DNA of 64,000 bases from Saprolegnia diclina VS20 (lineage: Eukaryota), in the NCBI RefSeq assembly GCF_000281045.1, contig NW_008246077.1:342326-406325 (forward strand), read 5' to 3'. A program made the translations under genes and the position numbers. Within the stretch, counting starts at the first letter, position 1; each line of letters starts with the position of its first letter. The notes beneath the pieces were generated by a model. The model was not told where the DNA came from, searched no databases, and saw nothing but the letters and a program-made list of their open reading frames with translations. Shown in pieces: positions 48,486 to 60,899 of this stretch.

Positions 48486-48991
48486 TTCCGGAAGCCATAC
48501 TGTTGTTGCTGTCTAACGCCTCGAATATGCTTCATTCGGGCTACACGGAGGCGTCAAGATCGGCCGATGAACGTTAACTCGGCCGGTTGACACGCATCGG
48601 TACCACGCAGGTATGATTGGCTGAAATGAATGTCGATATCATTCGCTGAAATGCGACCAATCAAACGTCGTCTGGAAACCACCACCGAGGAGCGGGGGTG
48701 CTCGGACGCACTTTGACGATTGGAAACGAAAATGCTCATATTCGGTACGTCGATAGAAGACACTTTGTAGAGCACGGAGTGTCAAGTCATTCCGCCGTCG
48801 GCGACGCACAGCAAGAGTTCTATCGAATCAAAAGTTAACGACTAACCGACTATGTTAACCGGTTACGTTGCGGTTATCAAACCCCACTGTCGGCTTGGCT
48901 CTTGCTTGCGAGCTGCGAGGCGGTTGGCCGACGCAACGTAACTCTTGCAAGTAGACAACGTGGCATAATATTGTCCAAGAGTGTTAACAAT

Positions 48992-51900
48992 CTACGGCGC
49001 GGCTGGCTTGGGAGAGCCAAAGAGGAGGTAATGCATGGCGTTGATCTCAACTTCGATGGGGAGTTTGGCTGCCAAAGACATGGTGCGAGGACTGGGCATC
49101 GGCGGCGAGTACGAGCCGAGTGGCGACGTTGGCTGCTTCAGTGATGAATTGCGGTCGAGACTTGATGGCGGCAGTGCAGTTGGCGTGCTTGCAAACACCT
49201 GAAAGTTGTAGGATGTACTTGACGGCGTTGGTGTTGGCGTCGCCCATATTGGGTGAGAAGCGGCTGGTGGCGTCACCGCGGGGGGAGACAGCGGGTCAAC
49301 TGCAACCGGACCAGTGTCTTCAAGCGTGTTGAGTCCCATGGGTGACGTAGCTATCGAGGATGGCCGTCTTGCTGTGGATGTTGTGTTGATCGGCAATATC
49401 GAGGGACGCCGGACGGCAGCTTCAACCTTGGGAGTTGGTGGCGCTGTGTCATTTTGGTACGCCTTGGCCGGGTCTATGCTAGAGCTTGGTGGTAGATCTT
49501 GAGAAACGGGTTTGCTCATGCTAACATTCGCTGACAGGTCTTGAGACACGGGCACGTTCACGTTGGGGTCAGGCGACAGCTCTTGAGGTAAGTGTTGTGC
49601 TTCGACTTGCGAGATGTTGGTTGTCTCTGGAGTCCTTACAGAGCTGGAACGTCTGCGAGCAGTGACGATGGGCTGGCTCGTTGACGCGGGATCCACGCCA
49701 GGTGAAGAAGAGGCAGGAATCGGTGCTGCAGCGACCGTCGCGGTGGATGCAGGTGCCAGAGGCGTAGCCGGGACAGTGGCACGCGAGGCAGCATACACGG
49801 TCCGCTCCGCGGGCGCTGACGCCATGAGACCTTGCAATGACGAAGTCGTCGAGGGTGCAGGCTCTACTGGTGTCGCGCCAGCAGGTGCTACTGGCGTAGC
49901 AGAACCCAATACTGCGGGCATTGAGGCAGCTGGCGCCGTAGACGTTGTGGGAGCAGGCGCCACAAGCGTTGGCGATGGCTCAGAGCCAGACACGTCGTGC
50001 GACTCAAGTATCGGTAGCACATTTGTTGGAGAAGAGGGACGAGGCTGCGCGTCCACTCTTGCTGTTGCTGTTTGCGACAGAGTTGCCGGGGTTGCCACGA
50101 CTTGCGGTGTCGGCGGTGCCGAGCGCTCTTGGTCAAGAACTACTGAAGGCGGACCAGTAGCAGCTTGCGGCACAGTCGGTGACACAGTTGATAGCTCAAA
50201 AGACGATGCGGTGGAAGGTACCACATCTAATGGCTTCGAAGATAATGCAGCAGAAGGTAGCACCTCTGATGCGGCTCGAAGTTGTAACCTCTCGTGGTCT
50301 GGAGCCAAGGTTTGTTGCAGCTGTACGGCTGGAGCTTCGATGCGGGGGGATACCTCTAAGGCTTGTGCCACCGGAGTCGTCGATGCTCTTGCCGGCTCCT
50401 CGCCATCGATCAAGTGAAGCGTCTCTGACAGCGGCTGCGCCGACGACTGACGCCTCATCGGCTGCTGGTCGGTCAGTTGCTCGGGTTGGCCAAATGCACT
50501 GGGTAGTTTTGTGGGCACTTCTGCACCGTCGGTTGACAAAAGCATCTCTGGCTCCGCTGATGCCCCACTTGCGTCAGAGGCGTTAGTGGGCAGCGATGCG
50601 TTCGGTGCAGTTTCCGTTGGCAACGTCACCACAGTGTCCAAGGGACTTGCCGTTGCGCTCAAAAGGACGCCGTCGGGCATACTCGCTTCGTCGCCGCCAT
50701 GGTCGAAGAAGGGATCTTCTTCATCTTCCGCCGGTACTTGGGTCTCTGGTGGCGCACCTTGGTCACCATTGCCGTCCGCCGCCGTGAACTCAGTCTCCTG
50801 TAAAGGCGACGCGGCAACGGTCTCTTCAAGTAGACGCTCTTGCGGCGCTGCAACGGACGTTGGCGCTGTTTGTGGCTGCTCCGGACTGGCTACTGGTGTT
50901 GGCGTCGTATTGTTGGGCATTAGACCACGGCTTTTCGTAGCTGGTGGCTCGCTCGATAAAGGGCTTGATGGCGAGATCTTGGCTTTCGTTGGCAACTCGA
51001 TAACCTGGAAAATAATGGTCACGTCTCAACCAACAACACCAGAAGTACCGGTGCTCTGGGCTGCTCCACGGTCGCAGTATTTCTCGTCGTAGGCCCGTCC
51101 AAGTCGTTTGCGGCACTAGATTGAGCAGCGCTGGTCCCCGTGTCGGTACGAAAGAGTGTAGGAGGCGTCATCACTTCCGATCCCGGTTGCTGCGCTGGAG
51201 CTGAACTGGTCGTCGGTGAGCGAGGACTTGTCGCTGGCTTGCCTCGGTCATTGGACATGGTTTCGTCGCGTGACACGGCCGGCGCGGGAAGCACAAGTGC
51301 TTCGCCTCCGACGCTAGCAGCTTTCGATACACTGGACGGTGGAGCTAGAGTACTGCGGTTGGCCGGCTCCGCGCTCGTAGCTGCTTGACCAAGACGCGCC
51401 GGTGTTTGGGCGGGCGTCTCTGGATGCCTCGTAGTCGGCTCGAGGGCAGACCACGGAAGAGCGGCGCTAGCTGGTCTGGGCGTAGGAACCGACGTCGGTA
51501 CTAAAGGCTCGGCCGACCGAGGTGATGCTGGGTGCTGGCTTGCGTGGCGCTCGGGCTGCAAATGCACAACGGGGGGCGGTCCTGATGCAGCACGCTTTTT
51601 TGCAGCTACAGGTTGCGACGACTCAACATCCTTCGACGATGTCGGTACTGGCGCAGGCTTTGATGTGGCCACACCCCGATCGACCAGCTGCTTGGTAACT
51701 TCGGGGGCTGCCGTGGCAAAATGCGCTTTTGTAACAATCGGCTCGAGGTCGCTCGAGTCGGTGGCTGCATCCGACACGACTCTGCGCGGCGAGTCGACTT
51801 GCCCGCCAAAGTCTGTCCGCCCAGTGGTGTCCGTCGACGGCTCTTGACGACTGTCGTGCTTGCTTGTCTGGGTGCGCTGAATCGGCGCAGAGTGTCCGAC

Positions 51901-52734
51901 CGTGATCTCAGAAAGGTCTGGAGGTACGCTCAGATCCCCTGCGTCATCTTGGCGTGGTGGCGGCGACGGAAGCTTGGGCACGTGAATACTAGACAGAGCC
52001 CGAAGCGGGGTGGCTGAAGTCGCGAGGAAGGGACGCAGCCGCTTTGGTAGCTCAAGTAGCGGGGGCGGGTGCATGTACTCTTGCAAATGAAGCGACGGCT
52101 CCGTCGAAAGCGCCAGTTGGAGCTGGCAGTCCTTCTCAATGTGTGGGACGACCGGCTTGGGCTTTCCTTGCACCTCAATATTGCGCATGAGGTGCTCCGT
52201 GTTTATTGCTGTAAGGGTCACGGGCGCTGCCGGCTCGGTCCCCGCGTCCATCGTGACAACGCTCTTAGGCGGCAACTCGAGGTCGTTCGAGTCGGTGGCG
52301 GCGTCCGACATGACCTTGCGCGGTGGCTCCGCTTGCGGCAATACATCTGTCGGCTTGGGCGGCGTCAACGCCTCGGGCACCTCGTCCTTCACTTCGTCGT
52401 TTGCGGGATCCGGCTCGAGTGCAATCTTGCGGTTCGAGCCATATTTGAACTGGAGACGGCGACAGATCTTGTCCATGGACGAAGCCATCTTGAGAATCGA
52501 TGCGACGTCGTCCTGCACAGCCTTTGCTTTTTGCTCGGCGACTTCTTTGGCTTGGTTGTCCTCTTCGTCGTCGTTCTCTTCGCTGCTCGCGTCCCCGTCG
52601 TCACTGCTGTTGTCATCGGAATCTTCCGCACTGTCTTCGTCTTCGCTATCATAGTCGCTCGAGCTGGCGACCGACCCCGTCTCGTCGCTCGCATCGTCGC
52701 TGCGGTCACTTGCGTCGTCGCCCGTCGAGCTCAT
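48992..52734 (-). CDS. Large disordered Pro/Ser/Thr/Ala-rich protein with acidic N-terminus (2 exons)
   Basis: ORFs 51019-52734 and 48992-51022 join in frame through an intron GTACTTC...TTTCCAG (about 51005-51048). Short ordered segments near both ends. Confidence 0.75.
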
Positions 52735-53163
52735 GCTTGGATCTTCTAGGATCGAAAAAATCTAGCGTCTGAAACGGGCGCGAATAGTGATCCAACAGAC
52801 AACATTGTGCACGAATATATACTACCGATCGGCCCACAACCAACAAAATCTTCTAGTGGAGCGTCAAGGCAGTATGTATGCAGTCAGTACTACGGTGGTG
52901 AGCACTCGAATACACCCCATATTCTATCCATGTATCTATCTATCTCGTCGTCATGAGAGCAGAGCGAGAAGGGTCCGCGGCTTGTTTCCCGCGGCAAGGC
53001 TTCTTCGGCAAAACTAGATACTAGTACGCGGAATCCGCCAGCTACGCCTTGAGGTTGCTCCTTGAATGCAATGTCGAGATAAAGCGAGGACGACAAGGGT
53101 TGCTGCTACTGTAGTATTTCTCAAAGTCTTAGGATATACAGCCGCCTGGTATTGCAACAGGCT

Positions 53164-54477
53164 CTACAAGGAGACGTCGACGTACGGCTTTTCTTCGTGC
53201 TCTGTCACGGCGCCGTACTCTGCGTTGTTGTCCATATCGTCGTCCTCGGATGCAAACGGAAGCTTGAGCGACGGCATGGTGGCTCGTCGGATCTCGTCTT
53301 GTGGCACGCAGATGCCCGCGGCCTCCTTCATGCGCGGGAGCACGCGGTCCAGCGTGGCCGCAAACTCGCGCGCGTGGTCGCTCTGCAGCGACGCAAAGGC
53401 CAGGTAGAGCTGCTTGAGTGCGCTCGCCTTTTCTTCACGGAACTTGAGCACTTCGCTCATGACACGCGCGTGCACAGCTTCGTACGCCGCTTGCGCGTCG
53501 GCGAGAGCGTTGGCCACCGCGGTCGGGTTGGGGCTTGAAGCCATGAAGCTGCCAAAGCTGCTGCGCCGCGTCGGCGACTCGGGCGCGGCAGCGAGTCGGT
53601 TCACGGCCGCGAGCTGCGCTTGGTAGGCGAACCGCCGGTCTTCGCGAGTCGCGAGCGCGGCTTGGACGCTACCGATCCAGCGCGCAAAGTCGTCAATGCC
53701 GTCGGCCAGCCCGTTCCAGGCCACGTCGAGATGGCGCGCGCGGGCATCCAAAATTTGCACAAACGAGGTGAACGCGACCGCCTTCATTTCCGGCAGCGAC
53801 GCTTCGAGTTCGGCCAGTGACGACGTGGCGTCAATGACATCGCCGTACGCGGCGGCGGCCACCTTGTTGGCGCGGTAGGCTGCGACGACTTTCTGCTGCA
53901 GCGCCTTGGCTGAGGCTTCGAGGTGCGAGACGTACGCGGCGATCTGGTCGAACTCGCGGTCTTGGTCCGTCTTGGGCTTGCTAAGGTCCTTCCCATACGC
54001 GCGGGATGCGAGCGTTTGAACCTTGTCGTGCTCGGACCACTTTTGAACAGCCTTGCCAAACCAAGACGAGAGCGCTTGCTTGGGCGCCGCGTCCTTGGCT
54101 TTGGCCTTGAGCTGCGTGAGGTCGACGGTCGAGACCGAGAGAAAGGCGAGAAAGCAGGGCGCGACCGCCAGCACGTCGTGGCCGGCGACGTTGGTGAGGA
54201 ACTTTTGCAAGCCGACGCGGCGCGCCTCGAGGAATTCCCGCGAGTGGAGGAGACCGACGACCTTGGCCGGCAGCGGCGGCACGATGCAGCCGGGGCACGT
54301 CTTGAGCAGCTGGCTCTGGAGCCACGCAAAGTCCGAGTAGCGTCGGTCGACTTCGTGCAAAATAGGTCCCGCGCCCGCCGACCGAATCGGGTACACGTGG
54401 TACGCGTTCACGCCGTCGCCGACCTTGCCTGCTTCGCCCACGTGGATCATCGCGCTGAAATTGCTCAATGCATTCAT
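53164..54477 (-). CDS. Sorting nexin (PX-BAR, SNX1/Vps5-like)
   Basis: VDRRYSDFAWL, PGCIVPPLPAK, FLEARRVGLQKFL, followed by a helical BAR region. Confidence 0.93.
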   Translation of the reverse strand: MNALSNFSAMIHVGEAGKVGDGVNAYHVYPIRSAGAGPILHEVDRRYSDFAWLQSQLLKTCPGCIVPPLPAKVVGLLHSREFLEARRVGLQKFLTNVAGHDVLAVAPCFLAFLSVSTVDLTQLKAKAKDAAPKQALSSWFGKAVQKWSEHDKVQTLASRAYGKDLSKPKTDQDREFDQIAAYVSHLEASAKALQQKVVAAYRANKVAAAAYGDVIDATSSLAELEASLPEMKAVAFTSFVQILDARARHLDVAWNGLADGIDDFARWIGSVQAALATREDRRFAYQAQLAAVNRLAAAPESPTRRSSFGSFMASSPNPTAVANALADAQAAYEAVHARVMSEVLKFREEKASALKQLYLAFASLQSDHAREFAATLDRVLPRMKEAAGICVPQDEIRRATMPSLKLPFASEDDDMDNNAEYGAVTEHEEKPYVDVSL

Positions 54478-54796
54478 TGCAGCCGACGCGGTCGAGGTTC
54501 GAAAATCGAACCGGCGCGATCTTGCGAAGTCTGGAACATTGGGGCGACGACGACGAGGTATCCTTCGGTGACGCACGGGTGGCTGGGCACCGCCACATGT
54601 TGTATGCGCGTGCGTGCGTCTTTGCGCTTGAAATCGCCCCCACCGCAAGTGAAGCCAGGACCAGATACTGTGTTGTGGTGCATCGGTGCATATTTTACAG
54701 AGTGATAGGACTATTGCGCAAAGTCGCTGCAGATGCTTTGATTTAGCACTTTGTCGACAGCAACATTGATCGGCAATCCGACACGTCAATGAGGAC

Positions 54797-57784
54797 TCAA
54801 TCGGTGGTTTGTCGTTGGCGCTTGACGTGATGGTGATGGACGGCCTCGTCGGTGGTGGTCGCGTCGTACCGTAGTTTTCGACGCTGCACGTCGGCCAAGA
54901 TGACGTCCAGAGCCATAAGACGAGCGCGGTCGTCGGTGTCGACCTGCTGCGCCTTGACATATTTGGCCAGTTGAGTATGGTCGACGCCACCTTGCGGCTT
55001 CAACTTGACGACGTAGTCACGCGACCGACGGCTGGGGATCAGCTTCAGGCGACAACAGTTGGTGTCGATGCATTGCTGCACTCGACTGCATGGCGTCGTA
55101 GTGAACAGCAGACACTGTGTCGTCTTTGTGCCGTCGGCCAAGAATGCGGCCAAGTGCGCACACAAATCACAGTGCTCTGCGTCGAGTGGAACGTCGCTGA
55201 AGACGTAATCGGTGATGTCGGGAAGCGGTGTGCGCGTACGAACAGGACCAAAAACCGCAAAGCAGCGCTGCACGACGCGCTCAATCTCGTCCACGTGCTG
55301 CGGGACGACCTTTGCCAGCAGCGTCGCCAGCGGATAGTAGAGGTCCCGTGCCGGGTCCCGGGCACCAACGATGAAAATCGCTTCGAGATCCGCGTCCAAT
55401 TGCGGCACTTCACGATCCACGGCGTCGAGCCAGCCATGCAAGAGCGACGGCACCTGGCTTGGGTCGACGATCGCGAGCACTTCAACAGCAAACAAGCCGG
55501 GCAATTCCCACGATGTGTAGCAGTCCTTGTACGTCGGGTGCCAGTCATTTTCGGACAACAGCGTCGGCGCAAGCGCCACAACAAGCGACGAGATGCAAGC
55601 GCGCAGATCGTCTGGCAATGGCGACGTCCGCTCTTGCAGTCGTTGTCGCGTTCCCGCCAGCGACGCTGGAAACAAGAGCGTCCAGCATCTTTGAAACGCA
55701 GCGACGTCACATCGGCCTGCTCGCTCCAGCACAGCGACGAGGCTCGCAAAGATGGCGGCTCCAGCCTTTTCGTATTGCACGCTTGACGCATCGAACGTCA
55801 CGAGAGCGTTCTCAATGGCGTGCACGTACGGGTCCACGGACATCGTTGGCTGGCTTTTCAAGGCCGCATCGAGCGCTTCGGGGACGTATTCGAGCAGCTT
55901 CTTCGGTGGCAGCTTCTTCATCACCGCGAGCAGCGTCAACGTGCTTGGCTGACGTATATACAGAAAGGTGTCGACAGCCAGAAGCATGTTTGGTGGCAAG
56001 ATGGCCCCGAGGTAGTTGCCACAGACCGAATTCGGTGCGAGCTCGTCAAAATACCAATCGAGGAGGACAATATTGGCTGCAAAGTGACGGAAATCGGCGG
56101 CATTCATGTCGTAATCTGGGAGAAACTGGGGCTGGCGCAAGGCGTGGTCATAGCAGCCCTTGATAAACTCACACACAAACGGTTGGTAAAGTGGCGGGCA
56201 GACGGTCGTGGTCGTGATTCCAGCGAGGCTCGCAAGAAGACGCGGGGTGGTGCCGCAATTAACCCAAGATGAGGCTTCAAAGGTGCGTTGATGCCAGCGC
56301 GACAGGAGACCATGTATCGCGGGTGCGAGTTGTGGCCAGCCATACCGCGAGAGGCACGCATGAATGCACGCCGCCGTCTCGAAGAGAGGCATGTCGTAGC
56401 ACACAAAAATGGCGTCTCGGAGAAAGACGAGGACCAGCTCAAAATCATCGAGTGCCAAGAGGATGTCACACACGGTGGTGAGAGCTGATTTGGCCAAATT
56501 ATGGCCACCGGGGTGACCGGACCGAAAGACGCCAAGTGCCCCATGAAGAACATCCCGCCCGGACGGAAGGCCAAGAAGCGGCTGGTCCATTGCATCGTTG
56601 GTGACCGCATCTTGTAGAAGCGGCAAGACGTCGTCGAGACCAAGAATGCTCGCGCGGTACCTTTTCAGCCAAAAGAGAAGCGCGAACGGAGGGCACTCGA
56701 GCGTGTGGTGGTCGATCGGCGTGCTGTCAAACAGAATAGCATCGACGCTACTGCCCACGACCGCCGCGATGACTTCTGGCGGAACATTGCACGCGGTGTG
56801 CGGCGTGCACGTGGCAACTTGGTTTTTGTATTTGCGCTCGTACGCATCCTCGTCGTCTTCGTCCTCGCTGTAGCCATAGTCGCTTCCACCAAAGCCGCCA
56901 CGTCGCAGCACCTTCTCGAACGCAACGTCGGCGCCCGACTCGAGTTCAAATGTGACAAGCGCCACGTCATAGAGCTCCGTGGTCAAGAGCGCGTGCACCA
57001 AACCCGCTTCGTACGTGCCGAGGGTCTCAAACGTCCAAGGCGTATCCAGAGGAGTCGGAGGGTCGTCCATATCGTAGTACGCAATGCAGTGGTTTGTGTG
57101 AAGAGGCAGCTGCGCGACTTGGTTGAAGGCGCGAATGCCGTCCTCGTGGTCGCACGGCATAGGAAACCCATCCTCGTCTTCGTTTTGAACTACAAGTCGG
57201 AAGACGAGCGCCATGCGCACCCCGTTTGTGATTGGCGCAGACGTAGCAATCAAGTCGCGGAAGGTCGTGACCATTTCGACGCTAGCCTTGTCGGGCGTCC
57301 ACGTCTCGGTGATGTAGCCGTAGGCGAAGGTCATGTCGCCGCCGTCGTACGTCGATGGTAAGTGCAAGACCATGTAGCCATATGAGTCAGGCGGCATCTC
57401 GTTCGGTACAAGTGCCGCGCTACTTCCGACGGCATCGACGACGAGATGCGAGAGGACAAGGTCGGCGTCCGTGATCGCATACGCCACTTCACGAGACAGC
57501 ACTCTCTTGACGACTTGGCGCCACTTCTTGGGCTGCGCAAAAGAAAAGGCCGTCGGGGGCACTTTGCCGTTGGCCACGTCCAGTGCCGCGAGTGCCGCCG
57601 CATGTGCCAGGGAGAGCGGCCACGTGACGACGCCATCAATGCCGTCGATGCGAAGCAGCGGTGCGGCGCACTCCTCGACGAGACTTGTCCGCAAGTAGGT
57701 AAACGCGTCGTCGACAGCCTTTACCGCGTCTTCGTAGACAGCCTTGTCAGGGTCACGGCTGTGGTAGAGTTGTATCCACGACAT
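54797..57784 (-). CDS. About 995-aa intronless protein with a degenerate N-terminal 2OG-Fe(II) oxygenase-like fold and C-terminal Cys motif
   Basis: YGYMVLHLPSTYDGGDM...APITNGVRMALVFRL; C-terminal HCDLCAHLAAFL; basic NLS-like end. Confidence 0.7.
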   Translation of the reverse strand: MSWIQLYHSRDPDKAVYEDAVKAVDDAFTYLRTSLVEECAAPLLRIDGIDGVVTWPLSLAHAAALAALDVANGKVPPTAFSFAQPKKWRQVVKRVLSREVAYAITDADLVLSHLVVDAVGSSAALVPNEMPPDSYGYMVLHLPSTYDGGDMTFAYGYITETWTPDKASVEMVTTFRDLIATSAPITNGVRMALVFRLVVQNEDEDGFPMPCDHEDGIRAFNQVAQLPLHTNHCIAYYDMDDPPTPLDTPWTFETLGTYEAGLVHALLTTELYDVALVTFELESGADVAFEKVLRRGGFGGSDYGYSEDEDDEDAYERKYKNQVATCTPHTACNVPPEVIAAVVGSSVDAILFDSTPIDHHTLECPPFALLFWLKRYRASILGLDDVLPLLQDAVTNDAMDQPLLGLPSGRDVLHGALGVFRSGHPGGHNLAKSALTTVCDILLALDDFELVLVFLRDAIFVCYDMPLFETAACIHACLSRYGWPQLAPAIHGLLSRWHQRTFEASSWVNCGTTPRLLASLAGITTTTVCPPLYQPFVCEFIKGCYDHALRQPQFLPDYDMNAADFRHFAANIVLLDWYFDELAPNSVCGNYLGAILPPNMLLAVDTFLYIRQPSTLTLLAVMKKLPPKKLLEYVPEALDAALKSQPTMSVDPYVHAIENALVTFDASSVQYEKAGAAIFASLVAVLERAGRCDVAAFQRCWTLLFPASLAGTRQRLQERTSPLPDDLRACISSLVVALAPTLLSENDWHPTYKDCYTSWELPGLFAVEVLAIVDPSQVPSLLHGWLDAVDREVPQLDADLEAIFIVGARDPARDLYYPLATLLAKVVPQHVDEIERVVQRCFAVFGPVRTRTPLPDITDYVFSDVPLDAEHCDLCAHLAAFLADGTKTTQCLLFTTTPCSRVQQCIDTNCCRLKLIPSRRSRDYVVKLKPQGGVDHTQLAKYVKAQQVDTDDRARLMALDVILADVQRRKLRYDATTTDEAVHHHHVKRQRQTTD

Positions 57785-58857
57785 TGTCGTTTGGCAACGG
57801 CCGAAAACCACTTCGACCCTTCAAGCCGATTAGTGTTCGTAATTCAGCTCATTATCCGGAGGACCAAATTTTGGTCCCATAAATTTCCTTGTGTTGAAAA
57901 ACCGCCCGATACTTCACTTTAGTTCCATTCCGTTCGCGCCACTTTTAGCCTAAATCGAGGTCGCCCACTTCAAGTTTAGGATTTCAGGACTTTTCGAACG
58001 AAAACAACGTCGAGTCGCTTCACACAGCGACCGCTTGTGCTTCATTTTGCGTGTCTTCTAAGCTTATCCAGCGGCAAGAAGGAGCTCCAAAAGGAACCGC
58101 ATATATGCTTGAACAAGGACCGGATAGTCTTGATGGGTACGGTGCCCGAGGTCTTCGATTTCCCAATCGTGCGAAGCTGGAGAGCGATAATCATGGCGGT
58201 GGCCTCAGACTCGGCGCAAGTTGTATACACAGAATATATAGCCGTTAGAGTGTAAGCAGACACGACATACCAAACGACCTCGGCGTGGCAACTCGAAGCC
58301 TCCTTTGTTGTTTTGCCGTCGGTTGTTGCTGTTGTCTTTTAGCCATTGATATTGGGTGAGTTTGAACCTTGGCGCGCACTCCAAGCGCTAGTCTAAAGCA
58401 GTATAATTTTCAATATATATTTGAAATCTATATATACAATTACTATGCTTCGTCCGAGGGCACACGTTATCTATGTCGAATATAAATATCTCACGACGAT
58501 TCGGCTTGTGCAATATGAGCCCCCGTCACCGCGCCTACAGACCGACCTTGCCACACTTGATTAAAGTATTGCATAGCTACGTCTCCGTCCTATGCCTGCG
58601 TGGGAGCTATCACGGACCAGCAGCTGCGCGCGCCCTCGACGACGCTTCAACGCCAGCCGTGCACCGACGCTGACCTTCGCACAGAGACACCGAGCCGCAA
58701 TGGTTGCGCTGCCCTAAGCTCCATACAGAAGCGTGCGTCCTTGCAACTATGATATCCCGTCGCCCCGTCGTCGATCGATCCGTTGCTATGACACCCGACT
58801 GTACCAGATGGTGGGACCATCGAACGCCCGCACCACACTTTCCAGATGCCGCCAAGC

Positions 58858-60850
58858 ATGTCGCGCCTCCTCGCGCTCCTCGCGCCGGTCGCGGCCGCCA
58901 TCGACTTTGCCGCTACGTGGCGTGACTGCCCGACGCGCACGTCACCGCGCGCCCAGTGCGCCGACGTCATTGTGCCGCTTTGCTACCCCGGGATTTGCCA
59001 CAGCAACGCAACGCTGTCCGTGCATCTCGAGCGGATCCCGTCGACGGCGCATTCCGCCAAGTCGCTTTGGTTTCTCCAAGGCGGCCCGGGTCTCCCCTCG
59101 TCCAGTCGTACGTCGCCGGGTTTTCTTCTTCTTCTCGTTCATTGACAACATGCGCCTAGTTGACGAGGCCATGGTGCGCGCCTACGACGCCGCGAACGGC
59201 TCGGTGAGCGTCTACACGATGGACCACCGGGGCACAGGGCGCAGCAGCCGGCTCGAAGATGCATGCATTGGCGTCGACACTCTTGGCTGCTTCGCCGCGC
59301 TCAAGGCCAAATACGGCGACGACGCACCAAGCGGATTCTCCGTCACGAGCGCGGCCACCGACCTCGCCGCGCTTCTCCAAGGCCCGTCGCTGCGCCACGA
59401 CGAGGTGTACATCTACGGCGTGAGCTACGGCACGTACTGGGCGCAACGACTGATGCACTTTTCACCGCCGAACGTCAAGGGCTACGTCCTCGATAGCGTC
59501 ATGTCGGCCAGCCCTATGAAGCTCTATAGCCAGTGGGACGCCGACGTGGCAGTGACAGGTACGAGCTCGATGACAGAATGCAGGAGCACTCACGCCTCGT
59601 TTGCTGGAGCAGAAACTATATTTTATACCCGCTGCGACCGCGACCCGTTCTGTGCCGCCAAGATCGGTCCGACGTCCCAGAAATTTGCGCAGCAGCTCCT
59701 CGCCAAGCTCGATGCTAACGATACAGCGTGTGCCCGCGCACTGCCGTCGACGTCCATCGTGCGGTCAACGCTCGGCCGCCTCTTTCGTGAGCCGTCCCAG
59801 CGCAACATGATCCCGGCGGTGCTCTACCACCTCCACAAGTGCCTCGACGACTACCCGGCGCAGGCACGGTTTGTGCAAAACCTTCTGGCGAACGCCGTGG
59901 CGCCGCTCCCGATCGACGGCGGCTCGGACCTCCTCCACGACGCCATTGTCTACAACGAGCTTTGGGCGTCGCCAACACCGACGCTGGTCGAGCTACAGGC
60001 ACAAGCCGCCGCAACGACGTGGCAGCCAACAAACAACATTGCGCAGCGCCTCGTCGACTACTGTCTCTACACGGGCGGTAGCCGTGACGGCGCCTGCCGT
60101 GACGTGCCGTCCCCACGCATGACCTTTGCGTATGCCCACGACACGTACTGGAATGTGTCGGCCACGTTACCGGGCAGTACAAGTGTGCTTCTCCTCTCAA
60201 GCGACTTGGATGCGCAGACGCTGCCTGTGTACGCTTTGGCTGCGAATGCGTCGCTCGCCAGTGCGAAGACGCGGCTCTTGCGCTTCCCGAACGGCGGTCA
60301 CTCGGTGCTCTCGACAGCGTTGACGCCGGTACGCCTCTCTAGCGACTCGCTGAGTGTTGATGAACGATGTGCCTAGGGCGGGAGCTGTGGTGCGCAGTTG
60401 CTCGATCAATTCGTCGCGACCAGCGGCAATGTCGCGGCGCTGGACGTCTCGTGCATGGCAGCGATCCCAGCGCTGCGGTTTGATGTCGTGTACGATGCGG
60501 AGAAGGCGAGTGAGCTATTTGACTCGGCTACCGACATGTATGGCCCGCTGCGAGTCGTCGCAGCGCAAGCCTCGGACGCAACGGCTAGAGCCTACGACGA
60601 CAGCTACCTTCTCGCGGGCGTCGGTGCTGTCGCGGGTGTCGCGATGGCGGTTGGCTTGGCGGCGCTCGTCAAACTACGTTCTCACCAGCGCACGCGCCGG
60701 CGAACGCTCGTGCCCCAAGACGCCGACGACCTGCCGCCCACCGTTGTCGCCGTGCTCCGGCGCGCCTCCATGGCGGACGACCTCGAAGAGTGCAAAGACA
60801 GTGACGACGACAACGACGACAATACCTCGGACCAAAGTAGAACAGTGTAA
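58858..60850 (+). CDS. Secreted/membrane-anchored alpha/beta-hydrolase, peptidase S33 (tripeptidyl aminopeptidase-like), multi-exon
   Basis: Signal peptide MSRLLALLAPVAAA; LQGGPG; DHRGTGRS; GVSYG nucleophile; DLDAQT; GGHSV; C-terminal TM helix. Confidence 0.88.
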
Positions 60851-60899
60851 TAGCAGGCGGTCATACTACAGTCTTCGTCTCGATTGTCTTCGTCAAAGA

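Noticed and set aside
51019..51022. Apparent overlap or programmed frameshift between two long ORFs
   Set aside because: A canonical intron of about 44 nt joins them in frame.
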